Shown here one piece after another: positions 1 to 9,563 of a stretch of DNA of 50,562 nt. The DNA comes from Candidatus Undinarchaeales archaeon (GTDB lineage Archaea > SpSt-1190 > JASMDC01): assembly GCA_030753015.1 (NCBI GenBank), contig JASMDC010000025.1, positions 1 to 50,562 on the forward strand, written 5' to 3'. The notes under the pieces were generated by a model. It searched no databases. It was not told the DNA's origin and saw only the letters and a list, made by a program, of their open reading frames with translations. The position numbers were made by a program, and so were the translations under genes. How positions within the stretch are numbered: position 1 is the first letter of the stretch; each line of letters opens with the position of its first letter.

Positions 1-232
1 ACTATGCCCGGGCAGGGGCGGGAGCGTAGTGATGGGGTAGGGAGAGGGGGCAAACGTCGAGGTTATGCAACAAAGCACTTTCCATGATAATAACACCTTT
101 TCCATAGCCCTATCTATTGGGCAAGTATATAGTACGTTGAAGTGGTATATATATCTTGTCCTTACGCAGTGACAACAAATTACCAGTCAACCATCGGAAC
201 ACATAAAAAAGGCTGCCGCGGACGATTCTCCC

Positions 233-1111
233 GTGACGGAAAAGGCCGATCCCACCTTCGCCGCGATCCCTGCGGACCGGGCAGATCATGCAACGGCCCG
301 CATCGCGGTGCTCCCCGTTCCCTACGACGGGACCGTGACCTGGCACCGCGGTGCTGCGAGAGGACCGGAGGCAATCATAGAGGCCTCCCAGCACATGGAG
401 CTGTTCGACGAGGCGCTCCGTGTGACACCTGCGGCACTGGGCATCGCGACCGAACCGCCCGTGGACGTGACCGGCGAACCAAAGGACGTGCTCGAGCGCG
501 TGGAGTCCCGAGTTACCGACATCCTCGCACGGGGCGCCTTTCCCGTATTGCTCGGTGGCGAGCATTCGGTCACCGTTGGGGCCGTACACGCCTGCGTTCG
601 CGAGCGGTCTGAGATCTCCGTGCTCGTCCTGGACGCGCATGCTGACCTGCGCAACGAGTATGAGTGGGAGCCGCTCTCACATGCATGCACCGTGGCACGG
701 ATCAGAGAGGCCGTGAGCTCGACCGTACAGGTCGGCGTGCGGAGCATGAGCTCACCGGAGGCAGAGCGTATTCGCGACGAGGGGATTCAGGTGGTCATGG
801 CACCTGAGGCACGTGGGATGCGTGACTGGGACGACGTGCTCATGCACCTGAAGGCGAACGTGTACGTGTCCGTCGACGTGGACGTGTTCGATCCATCGGT
901 CGTCCCGCACACCGGAACCCCTGAGCCAGGGGGCCTGGACTGGTACGATGTCGTCTCGCTCCTCGAAGCGGTGTTCGGATCAAGGAACGTCGTGGGATGC
1001 GATGTAGTGGAGCTGTCGCCAGCCGACGGAGGGCATGCCAGCGACTTCACGTGCGCACGTTTGGCTTACAGGATGATGGGGCTGCGGTTCAGGGATGAGC
1101 TGCGTACCTAG
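233..1111 (+). CDS. speB: Agmatinase (ureohydrolase family)
   Basis: GGEHS, LDAHADLR, SVDVDVFDPS and GTPEPGG motifs; GTG start. Confidence 0.92.
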   Translation: MTEKADPTFAAIPADRADHATARIAVLPVPYDGTVTWHRGAARGPEAIIEASQHMELFDEALRVTPAALGIATEPPVDVTGEPKDVLERVESRVTDILARGAFPVLLGGEHSVTVGAVHACVRERSEISVLVLDAHADLRNEYEWEPLSHACTVARIREAVSSTVQVGVRSMSSPEAERIRDEGIQVVMAPEARGMRDWDDVLMHLKANVYVSVDVDVFDPSVVPHTGTPEPGGLDWYDVVSLLEAVFGSRNVVGCDVVELSPADGGHASDFTCARLAYRMMGLRFRDELRT

Positions 1112-1662
1112 CCGAACAGTACCTCGTAAACGTACTTGTTCTTCTCCATGATCTCTTCCTTGGAGAGACCCTCCAGCTCGTGGGGGAACACGACCCAGTC
1201 CTCCGTGGTACGAAGATGGTAGTCGGGCTTGAAGTCCACGAGGGTCTTGGTAGGCTTGTAGTAGATGACCGCCACCCTGATATTGGGGGTGTTGCGTCGG
1301 GCGAGCTTCTTGATTTCCTTGATGAGGGCGTCGACGGTGTGGCCTGTGTCGAACACGTCGTCCACGATGAGCATATTCTCGTCAGCATCGCACCGATCTA
1401 TGACGTGGCCGAGACCCTTGATCTCGATGTTCTCGCTCTGCTCCTCGATCCCCGTGTAGGACTGGGTTTTGATGGACGTGTGGTAGGGATCGAGCTTTTT
1501 CATACGGAAGAACTCGTGGATGGCGATTCCGGGTGGCGTACCTCCACGCCATAGTCCCAGGAGGAAGTCTGGGTGGAACCCGTCCTCGTAGATCTTTCGC
1601 GCTAGGCGGAAGGAGTCGTCCAGGAGCTGGTTGGCGGACACATAGACCTTGTTGACGGCCAT
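1108..1662 (-). CDS. Type I (purine-type) phosphoribosyltransferase
   Basis: PRPP-binding loop IVDDVFDTGHT, LWRGG, C-terminal PDY...WVVFPHE. Confidence 0.85.
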   Translation of the reverse strand: MAVNKVYVSANQLLDDSFRLARKIYEDGFHPDFLLGLWRGGTPPGIAIHEFFRMKKLDPYHTSIKTQSYTGIEEQSENIEIKGLGHVIDRCDADENMLIVDDVFDTGHTVDALIKEIKKLARRNTPNIRVAVIYYKPTKTLVDFKPDYHLRTTEDWVVFPHELEGLSKEEIMEKNKYVYEVLFG

Positions 1663-1743
1663 GCACCTACGAAAGGGTCAAGTTTTTTGAACCTGAGCCT
1701 CGGCGCCAAAAGACTCTTAAAACGCAACATGCCTCCTTACGCC

Positions 1744-3396
1744 ATGACGCTGGCGGAGGTAGCCGATCAGCGGCGACATGTGGCCCTTGAGCTCTGTCTC
1801 ATCGCATGGTGCGTCATCCCTCTCCTCCTTCACAACATCGCGGGACCCGTTATCCCGCAAGACTCCGTGCCCTTCACGCTCGTCCGCGCCGTGAACGCGA
1901 TCCTTGTCCTCGTGGCCCTTTGGGCTTCACCGGTGCTCTTCCTGGCGACCTCAGCGCCACGTCGTGTTATGAGGTTCCTCCGTGAGGAGCGTACCACCGC
2001 TCTCGCCCTCGCACTCCTGGTGGTCGGTGGGCTGTGGCTGAGGTTGAGCGTAGTACGGACTGCGCCCCTGGACCATCCTGCTGCAGCGGAGATCATGCGG
2101 CATGGGCGGGGGTTCGATCTTCTCGGGACGAACGTCCCTGATGCCGTGTACGGTCGCGCGCTCTGGCATCGCCTTCACTTCGTGCTCCTCGGGGCGTCGG
2201 TCCCCGTGCTCCTGTGCCTTAACGCGGTCTCGGGCGCACTCCTCACACTCGTCGCCTACTCACTCTGTCGGTTCCTTTTGGGCGGCCCCCATGCCCCCAT
2301 GGCTGGTGCGACCCTGTTCACCCTGGCCCCCACCTATCTCCTGGCGAGCACGACCGAGGCGTTCACAGCTCCTCTCCTCCTGGTCTCCATCACGGCCCTT
2401 GTCTTCTTCCTTCGCCGCGATCGTAGGCCGAGAACCCTGGCACTGTCCCTCGCGCTCCTCCTCCTCGCCGTCGAGGTGCGTCCCGACCATATCGCTATGG
2501 TACCCGCGTTCTTTATCGCCTTCCTCGTGTACTGGCAGGGTGGCACCGGGCGTACCGTGCCGATTCTCATTGTGGCGTTCCTCCTTGCCACCCTCCCCCA
2601 TCTCGTGCTGGTGGCATACCAGGAGGACGTCCTCGACCGGGGTGCGACCGGTTCCGCGATCGGCCGGCTGGCCGCCATGGTCCGGAGCCATGTCCCATCC
2701 TATATCCTCCTGCTAGCGCTCGCTGGGGCCGTGGACCTCTCCGACCGACGGCCCAAGGCGCTGATCCTGCTCGGCGGTTGGGCCCTGGCGTTCGCACTTG
2801 CCTACATGTTCCTCTTCACCACCGTTCTCGAAAGGGAACCATTGGGCACGCTCCCTGTCCTTTTGCTCCCCCTCATGGTCCTTGCGGCCCAGGGCATCGC
2901 TGTGCTCTTCTCCTGGTCCATACGGTTCCACCCGCGAGCACCGGGCGTCATGGCGTTCGCCGTAATACTCGTGCTCTCCTGGGAGCTCGTGAAGACGGGG
3001 CGCGCCTTCCACGAGCAACGTGTCGGTGACCCTCAGTACATCGAGTACCGTGCTCTGTTGCAACGGGGAACTGTGGACCCACGCTGCAGCGTCATCGTCA
3101 ACGGCCCGCACGTGCTCGCACCCTACATGCTCTCGTTCCGGGGCGAGCCGCGGGAGGTGGCGGACAGGGGAGAGCTCATCTGGGCGCTGAACGACCTCGT
3201 ACCCAGCGGTTGCTGGTACTACTACAACGGTCTCCCGCCGGACGATGACCTGCGGAGCGATATGGAGCAGACCTACGACCTCAAGAACATACGGAAGCTC
3301 CTGGGTGTGCACGGGTTCACTGAGGTGCCCGGGACCGATGAGCCGGCCCTGGGCGATGACGTGTTCCTCTACAAGCGCGAGGCCCTGCCGGCGTGA
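1744..3396 (+). CDS. Polytopic membrane protein, possibly GT-C fold glycosyltransferase
   Basis: Many hydrophobic segments plus soluble C-terminal domain; start placed at ATG 1744, about 25 nt after TTAAAA (1717-1722); function is inference. Confidence 0.5.
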   Translation: MTLAEVADQRRHVALELCLIAWCVIPLLLHNIAGPVIPQDSVPFTLVRAVNAILVLVALWASPVLFLATSAPRRVMRFLREERTTALALALLVVGGLWLRLSVVRTAPLDHPAAAEIMRHGRGFDLLGTNVPDAVYGRALWHRLHFVLLGASVPVLLCLNAVSGALLTLVAYSLCRFLLGGPHAPMAGATLFTLAPTYLLASTTEAFTAPLLLVSITALVFFLRRDRRPRTLALSLALLLLAVEVRPDHIAMVPAFFIAFLVYWQGGTGRTVPILIVAFLLATLPHLVLVAYQEDVLDRGATGSAIGRLAAMVRSHVPSYILLLALAGAVDLSDRRPKALILLGGWALAFALAYMFLFTTVLEREPLGTLPVLLLPLMVLAAQGIAVLFSWSIRFHPRAPGVMAFAVILVLSWELVKTGRAFHEQRVGDPQYIEYRALLQRGTVDPRCSVIVNGPHVLAPYMLSFRGEPREVADRGELIWALNDLVPSGCWYYYNGLPPDDDLRSDMEQTYDLKNIRKLLGVHGFTEVPGTDEPALGDDVFLYKREALPA

Positions 3397-3418
3397 CCGC
3401 GCTGGGACAAGGCATTTA

Positions 3419-3616
3419 ATGGTTTCGGGCTATCCCATCCATGTGGACATCAATATTCACGAGAAGATCCCCTGCGATTGCGGACGAGGGTACATGCTCC
3501 CCGTGCGCATCTATGAAGAGGAGAAGACCAAACCTAAGGAGCACATAATCGACATCGTCTGGCAGTGCATGGCCTGCCTGAAGAAGGTGTCGCTCATGCC
3601 CAGCCTCAGGATGTAG
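3419..3616 (+). CDS. Small putative zinc-ribbon protein (65 aa)
   Basis: MVSGYPIHVDINIHEKIPCDCGRGYMLP...WQCMACLKK; fills the gap between genes; AGGAG follows the stop. Confidence 0.7.
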   Translation: MVSGYPIHVDINIHEKIPCDCGRGYMLPVRIYEEEKTKPKEHIIDIVWQCMACLKKVSLMPSLRM

Positions 3617-3628
3617 GAGACCATCACC

Positions 3629-4168
3629 ATGATCCTCGGCGTTCTCGGCGATACGCACGTCCCCGGCAGGGTCCGCTCCATCCCTCATCTCGTGTTCGAG
3701 ACATTCAGGGAGCGCGGTGTCGAGCTCATCCTCTGTTCAGGCGATATCAATACGCTCTCCACGCTCAAGGAGCTGCGGAAACTGACCCCTTTGTACGCCG
3801 TCCGCGGCGAGATCGACTTCCTCGACCTCCCCGAGAACAAGATCATCGGGGTGGGCAGTATCAAGGTCGGAATGACCCATGGCCATGAGGCCCTGGATGA
3901 AATGGGCCGGGAGCCTGCAGTCGTGACCGCACGGGAGATGGGAGTCGATGTCCTTGTTCTTGGCCACACGCACGAGCTCAGGCAGGAAGTGCTCAATGGG
4001 CTGCTCGTGATCAATCCGGGTAGCGCGACCGGTGCGTGGGCCGCCGCGGGAGTGGTCCGGGAACCGTCCTTCATGGTCCTCGATATATCGGACCGGTCCG
4101 TCACCGTCGAGACGTATCGGATCGGTGAGGAAGGGCTCGAGAAAGGGACGGAAGGGCACGACCTATAG
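3629..4168 (+). CDS. YfcE/Vps29-like metallophosphoesterase
   Basis: GDTH, SGD, THGH, GHTH, INPGSAT motifs. Confidence 0.9.
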   Translation: MILGVLGDTHVPGRVRSIPHLVFETFRERGVELILCSGDINTLSTLKELRKLTPLYAVRGEIDFLDLPENKIIGVGSIKVGMTHGHEALDEMGREPAVVTAREMGVDVLVLGHTHELRQEVLNGLLVINPGSATGAWAAAGVVREPSFMVLDISDRSVTVETYRIGEEGLEKGTEGHDL

Positions 4169-4183
4169 GAAACCTTTTTAACT
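4168..4183 (+). promoter_or_regulatory. Putative BRE/TATA promoter of the rpl21e cluster
   Basis: GGAAACCTTTTTAACT about 30 nt before ATG 4213. Confidence 0.5.
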
Positions 4184-4212
4184 TCACCGCGGAAGGTCAT
4201 CGAGGGATACTC

Positions 4213-4509
4213 ATGGTCGAGCGATCACATGGATTCCGCGTCCGTACGCGGAACGTCCTTCAGAAGAAGCCCAGGGAGAAGGGTAAGGTGACGGTCAATC
4301 AGTTCCTCCGTACCTTCGAGGTCGGTGACCGGGCTGCAGTCACTATTGAGCCCAGCGTCCACAAGGGGATGCCTCACCCGAAGTTCCAGGGTCGTACAGG
4401 TACAATCGTGGAGAAGCGCGGTGATGCCTACGTCCTCCGGCTCAAGGACGGCAATAAGATCAAGGACATAATCGGCCGGGCGGTGCACTTCCGCCCACTG
4501 GGTGAATGA
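4213..4509 (+). CDS. rpl21e: 50S ribosomal protein L21e
   Basis: SHGFRVRTR, IEPSVHKGMPHPKFQGRTG; context with rpo4. Confidence 0.96.
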   Translation: MVERSHGFRVRTRNVLQKKPREKGKVTVNQFLRTFEVGDRAAVTIEPSVHKGMPHPKFQGRTGTIVEKRGDAYVLRLKDGNKIKDIIGRAVHFRPLGE

Positions 4510-4511
4510 TC

Positions 4512-4856
4512 ATGGTAGGGAAGGAGATTATGGAAGAACGGGCGGTCCCTGTCAGCCTTGTCAGGTCGATCCTCGAGAAGCGTTCCGAGGCCGGTGAGCT
4601 CCGGTACGAGCAGCGCCTGGCCCTGGCTTATGCCCAAGGATTCACGCGCCTCGAACTGGAGGATGCGAACAAGCTGGCCAACGAGATTGCAGACCTCAGC
4701 CTCCCTCGGGTAAAGGAGGAGCACATCGCCAAGATCGTGGATCTGCTCCCCGCCAACTCCGCCGAGCTGAACGTTATATTCTCAAAGGACAAGATCAACC
4801 TCAAGAAGGACGTGCAGGACCAGATCCTTGCCATCGTGGACAATTACAGGGGGTAG
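4512..4856 (+). CDS. rpo4: RNA polymerase subunit Rpo4 (RpoF)
   Basis: ELRYEQRLALAYAQGF, KIVDLLP; GGTGA SD at 4501-4505 (alternative start 4506); conserved order rpl21e-rpo4-DUF655-rsmA. Confidence 0.88.
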   Translation: MVGKEIMEERAVPVSLVRSILEKRSEAGELRYEQRLALAYAQGFTRLELEDANKLANEIADLSLPRVKEEHIAKIVDLLPANSAELNVIFSKDKINLKKDVQDQILAIVDNYRG

Positions 4857-4860
4857 CGCC

Positions 4861-5442
4861 GTGGAGGACGACGACCGCGAGGAGTATATGATAGCTCTTG
4901 ATTTCATGCCAGACGGCCATCCCATGGAAAAGCCCGCCTACAAGCGGGAGCCTGTGGTCCAGGGCCTTGGCGTGAAGAAGTTCATCCTTCTCGAGGCCAC
5001 CGTGAAGTCCGGTGTGTACCTCCAGCCCAACGATCGGGTGTACATCGGCGAGGGCCGCCGGGACGAGATCCACCACATCCGCGGACGCATCAAGCCCGGT
5101 CGGCTCACCGAGATGGCGCGCGGGGAGCTCCCCTTCATCATCGAGGAGGTCGTGGAGCACCAGCAGGAGCGGTTCATCCAGTTCTTCAACCTCTCCCAAG
5201 CGCTCACGACGCGCCTCCACCAGCTCGAGCTACTGCCCGGTGTGGGCAAGAAGCACATGTGGGCCATCATCGATGAGCGCAAGTTCAAGCCGTTCAAGGA
5301 CTTCGAGGACCTGCGCAAGCGGGTGAAGCTCATGCCCGATCCCAAGAAGGTCATCTCACGTCGCGTTATCTCGGAGCTCGAGGAGAAGGAGAAGTACTAC
5401 ATCTTCGTGGCCCCGCCCCCGCCGCCCAAGCGGCGGTACTAG
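4861..5442 (+). CDS. DUF655 HhH nucleic-acid-binding protein
   Basis: RVYIGEGRRDEI, TTRLHQLELLPGVGKKHMWAII; GTG start 4861 avoids overlap with rpo4. Confidence 0.9.
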   Translation: MEDDDREEYMIALDFMPDGHPMEKPAYKREPVVQGLGVKKFILLEATVKSGVYLQPNDRVYIGEGRRDEIHHIRGRIKPGRLTEMARGELPFIIEEVVEHQQERFIQFFNLSQALTTRLHQLELLPGVGKKHMWAIIDERKFKPFKDFEDLRKRVKLMPDPKKVISRRVISELEEKEKYYIFVAPPPPPKRRY

Positions 5443-5446
5443 ATCC

Positions 5447-6292
5447 GTGGGGAGCGCACGGGACCTCGCCGCCGAGGCGGACGACCTTCTCAGACGTCAT
5501 GGCCTTGTTACCAGGCGCTCTCTGGGCCAGAACTTCCTCGTGCGGCGCTCTGTGCTCATCCAAGAGGTCCGCGAGCTCGATGCTGAGGACCGCACCGTGC
5601 TCGAGGTGGGGACTGGGTTCGGGTTCCTCACACGTGAGATCGCCGCGGTCGCCCGGCACGTGACCACCCTCGAGAAGGACCGGGGGATAGCCCGAGTGGC
5701 CCGTGAGGAGCTCGCTGACCTGGAAAACGTCGACGTGGTCGAGGCCGATGCCCTCTCCACCGACCTCCCCTCCGCGGAGCGGGTGATATCCAACGTCCCG
5801 TACAGCATCTCCTCGCCGCTGGTGTTCAGGCTCATCGCGGCATGCCGCGTCCCCGTCGTGCTCGTGCTCCAGCGCGAGTTCGCCCTGCGCATGGTGGCCA
5901 AGCCCGGCACGAGGGAGTACTCCCGGCTGTCCGTGATGGTGCAGCATTACGCCGATCCCGAACTGCTCTTCCCGGTCCACCGCTCTGCGTTCCACCCCCG
6001 TCCGCGTGTCGACTCGATGGCCCTGCGCCTCATACCGCGCGACCTGACCCGCGATCAGGTGCTCGACGGGATCGTGCGGGCGCTCTTCCAGCATCGTAAC
6101 CAGACGGTCCGGAACGCGATGCTGCACGGACGCCATATCCTGGCTGTGGATAAGCACGACGGCGCGAGGATAAAGGACGTGCTGGGCCCGCTGGCCGACG
6201 AGCGTGTCAGGAACGTTCCTGTGGCGAAGTTCTCCGAGCTAGCGCAGCGGCTTACTGAAGCAGGGATGGGCCCTCGTGACGGGAACGCTTAA
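5447..6292 (+). CDS. rsmA: 16S rRNA adenine dimethyltransferase KsgA/Dim1
   Basis: LGQNFL, VLEVGTGFGFLT, SNVPYSISSPL, YSRLSV, FHPRPRVDS. Confidence 0.93.
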   Translation: MGSARDLAAEADDLLRRHGLVTRRSLGQNFLVRRSVLIQEVRELDAEDRTVLEVGTGFGFLTREIAAVARHVTTLEKDRGIARVAREELADLENVDVVEADALSTDLPSAERVISNVPYSISSPLVFRLIAACRVPVVLVLQREFALRMVAKPGTREYSRLSVMVQHYADPELLFPVHRSAFHPRPRVDSMALRLIPRDLTRDQVLDGIVRALFQHRNQTVRNAMLHGRHILAVDKHDGARIKDVLGPLADERVRNVPVAKFSELAQRLTEAGMGPRDGNA

Positions 6293-6675
6293 CCGAGACG
6301 CTCGGTGATCTGCTCGATCTTGCGGATGATGGGGACGATGAACACGAGCAGACCGAACCAGGCCGCCAGCACGTTCACGACGGCGAACGCGAAGTCCGAC
6401 GGGTCCAGGTTGAGGTAGGTGTATCCGATCCATGGTCCGAGACCGATGGACAGACCTCCCACGAAGGTTAGAACGGCTTCCTCAAGGGTGAACTTGACCT
6501 CGGCCTCCTTGAGCTGGATCTCGTGGTCGATCTCGCGCCGGAGGTCGGCCTCGATGTCCTCTTCGAACTTCTTCTTCTCGAGCGCGAACTCCCTCTTCAC
6601 TTCTTCCTTGACCTCTTCTCGGAGCTCCTCTTCGAACTCCTCTTTATTCTTCTTGGAGGTCGTCTTCTTGGCCAT
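6289..6675 (-). CDS. Hypothetical membrane protein (charged coiled coil plus two TM segments)
   Basis: E/K-rich N-terminal half then two hydrophobic stretches; start at MAKK (6675) or 6702. Confidence 0.7.
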   Translation of the reverse strand: MAKKTTSKKNKEEFEEELREEVKEEVKREFALEKKKFEEDIEADLRREIDHEIQLKEAEVKFTLEEAVLTFVGGLSIGLGPWIGYTYLNLDPSDFAFAVVNVLAAWFGLLVFIVPIIRKIEQITERLG

Positions 6676-6775
6676 GGCGTCCGAGATGGATGCACCAACC
6701 ATTAAAAAGTTATACGATTCGCGTGCGTGGCCGTCGTGTTGGAAAAGCTTTTAAATCTCTCCCGGCGTCCCGCGC

Positions 6776-7300
6776 TTGTTGGGTACCCCGGACGATAATG
6801 AACCGCAGCAACTGAAGGCCGGCATGGTGGTCGAGCTGGAGATAACCGCCAAAGGCCAGCGTGGTGACGGTCTCGGACATATCTGGGGTTACACCGTCTT
6901 CGTTACTGGTGCCGGTATCGGCACTACCACCAAGGTCCACGTCGACAATGTGCGCGAGCGGAACGCATGGGCGAGCCCGGTCGTCGGTGGTGTCAGCAGG
7001 GACGGCGAGGAGTACGTCAGCCGCGTCTACCTCCCCAAGGATAACGAACTCTTCGGCATCGTCGTCCAGCGACTCGGATTCAAGCGCATGTACGTTCTGT
7101 GCGAGGACGGCAAGACCCGGGTGACCCGCACACCGGGACGCAAACGCCGGCTGTGGATCCGTGAAGGCAACACCATCGTGATCCAGCCCTGGCCTGTCCA
7201 AGCCGACAAGAAGGCCGACATAGTCCACAAGTACCGCAAGGCTGAGGAGGATTGGCTGCGCAGGAACGGCTATCTGGATAAGCTTCAGGGGCTCGAGTAG
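6776..7300 (+). CDS. TRAM domain fused to an aIF-1A paralog
   Basis: LEITAKGQRGDGLGHIWGYTVFVTG (TRAM) then NELFGIVVQRLG...CEDGKTRVTRTPGRKRRLWIREG...QPW (eIF1A); TTTTAAA at about 6748-6754. Confidence 0.85.
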   Translation: MLGTPDDNEPQQLKAGMVVELEITAKGQRGDGLGHIWGYTVFVTGAGIGTTTKVHVDNVRERNAWASPVVGGVSRDGEEYVSRVYLPKDNELFGIVVQRLGFKRMYVLCEDGKTRVTRTPGRKRRLWIREGNTIVIQPWPVQADKKADIVHKYRKAEEDWLRRNGYLDKLQGLE

Positions 7301-7312
7301 GCCTGGCGGCCC

Positions 7313-7750
7313 TCACTCCTCAGTATCCTCTTCCTTCTCTGTAATATCGATCTCCGCGCCCTCGGAAGTAGGGTAGCCGGCCACTGCGATAGGGACACCT
7401 AGGTCCTTGTTCTTGACCTTGAGCGTGGGGTAACCGGCTACTGTGACGGGGACTCCCAATGTATCCCTCTCGGCCTTCTTCTTGCGCTTCTTCTTCCTGG
7501 AGGGCGCCTTCTCCGGCTCGTCCTCCTCGGGGGATTTCATTTGGGACTGTTCCCGCTCCCGCACATCGATGGCCTGGACCAGGTCGATGAGGAGCAGGCG
7601 GTTCTCCACCGAGCGCTTGGCCATGAGGACGATCATGAGGGTCGTGAAGAGGATGAAGATGGCCACAGCGGCGTCACGGATGCTGAACGCGACCGCCAGA
7701 GAGAGCAGTGCATACACCACAGCGAACGCAAGGAACCAGCTTCCTCTCAT
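7313..7750 (-). CDS. Hypothetical membrane protein with two TM segments and a duplicated LGVPxxVAGYPT motif
   Basis: Hydrophobic N-terminus; ATGA overlap with thg1 stop. Confidence 0.7.
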   Translation of the reverse strand: MRGSWFLAFAVVYALLSLAVAFSIRDAAVAIFILFTTLMIVLMAKRSVENRLLLIDLVQAIDVREREQSQMKSPEEDEPEKAPSRKKKRKKKAERDTLGVPVTVAGYPTLKVKNKDLGVPIAVAGYPTSEGAEIDITEKEEDTEE

Positions 7751-8481
7751 CGTTTCATCCCCTCGTCGGTACGGTCATCAGATGTTATAAGCCTTTCCAG
7801 GAAGCGCCGGCCCTCGCCCGTGGCGAACCGGGGCGGATCCCACCGCTCGTCGTACTTCCCGCCCTGCCGGACGAGGAGCACGCCGTTCCGCTGCCAGGCG
7901 GGGGTCTTGGCAAGGTTGATGCCCCGGGAGAAGCACATCTCGTGGAGCTCGGCCTTACGCACGCCCTTGAGCCGTGATGTGGCGGCGGGGCCGTCCAGCC
8001 CCTCCCGTCGCAGCGCCCAGTAGGCGTGACCGTGCGCGTGGTTGTTCCAAGCCTCTCGCTGGCGCCAGAGCAGGTAGTCGCCCACGCCAGCGGGCGTGAG
8101 GAGCACGGTCCGGGCGTCGAACGATACAGGCCTCCCCAGGATGATGGAGAGGCGTCCTGCCGTGCCCGAGGCCAGCACGGAAGCGAGCTTCTCCACTCTC
8201 CCACCGAAGGGGGCCTTCTCAAGGAACACGAGCGACACCTCGTCCGAGAACATGAACGCCAGCTCGGGAGGCACGCCGATACCCTCTGCGGTCCCCCGCA
8301 CGGCGGCCACCATTGCCCGCATGGCGCCCTCGTCGAAGGGCGTCTCCCACCCCAGCTCCTTGGCCAGCGCGTGGAAGGTGCGGCCGTCCAGCCTCACGGC
8401 GAACGGTACCGGAGCGGAGAGCCGTGCGTAGGACTCCCGCTCCTTGAAGGCACGTGCCGTGATCGGTCCGTCGGTCCTCAT
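7747..8481 (-). CDS. thg1: tRNA(His) guanylyltransferase Thg1-like protein
   Basis: VRLDGRTFH, PFD, SDEVSL, FGGRVEKL, FDAR, YLLWRQ. Confidence 0.92.
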   Translation of the reverse strand: MRTDGPITARAFKERESYARLSAPVPFAVRLDGRTFHALAKELGWETPFDEGAMRAMVAAVRGTAEGIGVPPELAFMFSDEVSLVFLEKAPFGGRVEKLASVLASGTAGRLSIILGRPVSFDARTVLLTPAGVGDYLLWRQREAWNNHAHGHAYWALRREGLDGPAATSRLKGVRKAELHEMCFSRGINLAKTPAWQRNGVLLVRQGGKYDERWDPPRFATGEGRRFLERLITSDDRTDEGMKR

Positions 8482-9563
8482 GGCAGGAAGTCCTCAGTCT
8501 CTATCTTCTCGGGAAGATAGGTGTCGGCCACGAACTGCAGGCTCTTGTTGGCCAGCGCCTGCTGCTCGATGCGTACCTTCTTCTCAAGCGCCATGTCGAG
8601 CTGGCGCTGCCAGAGCTCGTCCTGGAACCACGCGTACTTCTTCTCCTCCTTCACGCGCTTGACGTCGTTGGGCTTGAGCACCTCGGTGACGTTCTGCAGC
8701 CCGTAATGCTCGATGTCGTCCATGGTCATCCCCACGAACTTGCAGTCGGGGGTGGAGAGCCACTTCGAGAGGTAGGCGAGGTTGATGGAACCCTGCTTGA
8801 TCACGGAGTAGATGTACCATCCGTAGGGATCGCCGTCGGTGAACACGATGATGGGTAGATTATGCTCGTTCGAGAGACGGTGGATGAGCCGGCGGGCCCC
8901 CCGGGGCGCCTGACCCTCTGTCGCGATCAGGAGGCACTTGTGCTTCTTCTGGAAACCCTCCTCCACAAGCCGCTCGTACATAGCATCGGTCTCGATGACG
9001 AGCACGAACTCCGCCGATGTATCCTTCACCTCGATGTCCTCCACGTTCGACGTGATGGACCAGCCGCCACGACCGAGCTTCGCGCAGTTGAAGGTGTCGC
9101 CGGACTGGCTGAGGGTGATGTCCCCGTACAGGGTACCCCGCTTCTTGGCGTTGAGGTTCAGCTCCTCACGCAGGACGTCCAGGGTGACCTCGAGGTCCTC
9201 TATGAGGGGATTGGACTCCTTCTGGTCGTCGAAGGTGTTCTCCTTGGTGAACTTCATCGAGCGCTTGAGCTGGTAGTACATCTCCCTGATCGAGGCGTGG
9301 CGCTGCTCCTCGAGCAGTGACCTGCACCTCGCCAGGATGAGCAGGGTCTGCATGAAGCGGCGGGTATGGGCCGTGTTGAGGAACGAACGAGTGAACCGTT
9401 TGTTCCCAAGCCGGATGGACTGGCTCGCCTCATCGAAGTAGACGTTGGAGATGGTCCGGAGCGGGATGGAGAGCTGCGGCTCCTCGCCCCCCTCCAGCTG
9501 CCCGGCCAGCTCGGCCGCCAGTGCTTGGATGCTCTCCAGGGTAGGCTCGTTACTCTTCATCAT
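8478..9563 (-). CDS. top6A: DNA topoisomerase VI subunit A
   Basis: SIREMYY catalytic Tyr region, TOPRIM IETDA and FTDGDPYG, EQQAL. Confidence 0.96.
   Translation of the reverse strand: MMKSNEPTLESIQALAAELAGQLEGGEEPQLSIPLRTISNVYFDEASQSIRLGNKRFTRSFLNTAHTRRFMQTLLILARCRSLLEEQRHASIREMYYQLKRSMKFTKENTFDDQKESNPLIEDLEVTLDVLREELNLNAKKRGTLYGDITLSQSGDTFNCAKLGRGGWSITSNVEDIEVKDTSAEFVLVIETDAMYERLVEEGFQKKHKCLLIATEGQAPRGARRLIHRLSNEHNLPIIVFTDGDPYGWYIYSVIKQGSINLAYLSKWLSTPDCKFVGMTMDDIEHYGLQNVTEVLKPNDVKRVKEEKKYAWFQDELWQRQLDMALEKKVRIEQQALANKSLQFVADTYLPEKIETEDFLP

Noticed and set aside
1-105. Possible minus-strand ORF running off the left edge
   Set aside because: Atypical codons and no recognisable protein; AT-rich 60-230 looks like promoter DNA.
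8478-9563. Spo11-like meiotic or defence nuclease
   Set aside because: Ordinary Top6A overlapping top6B in its usual context.
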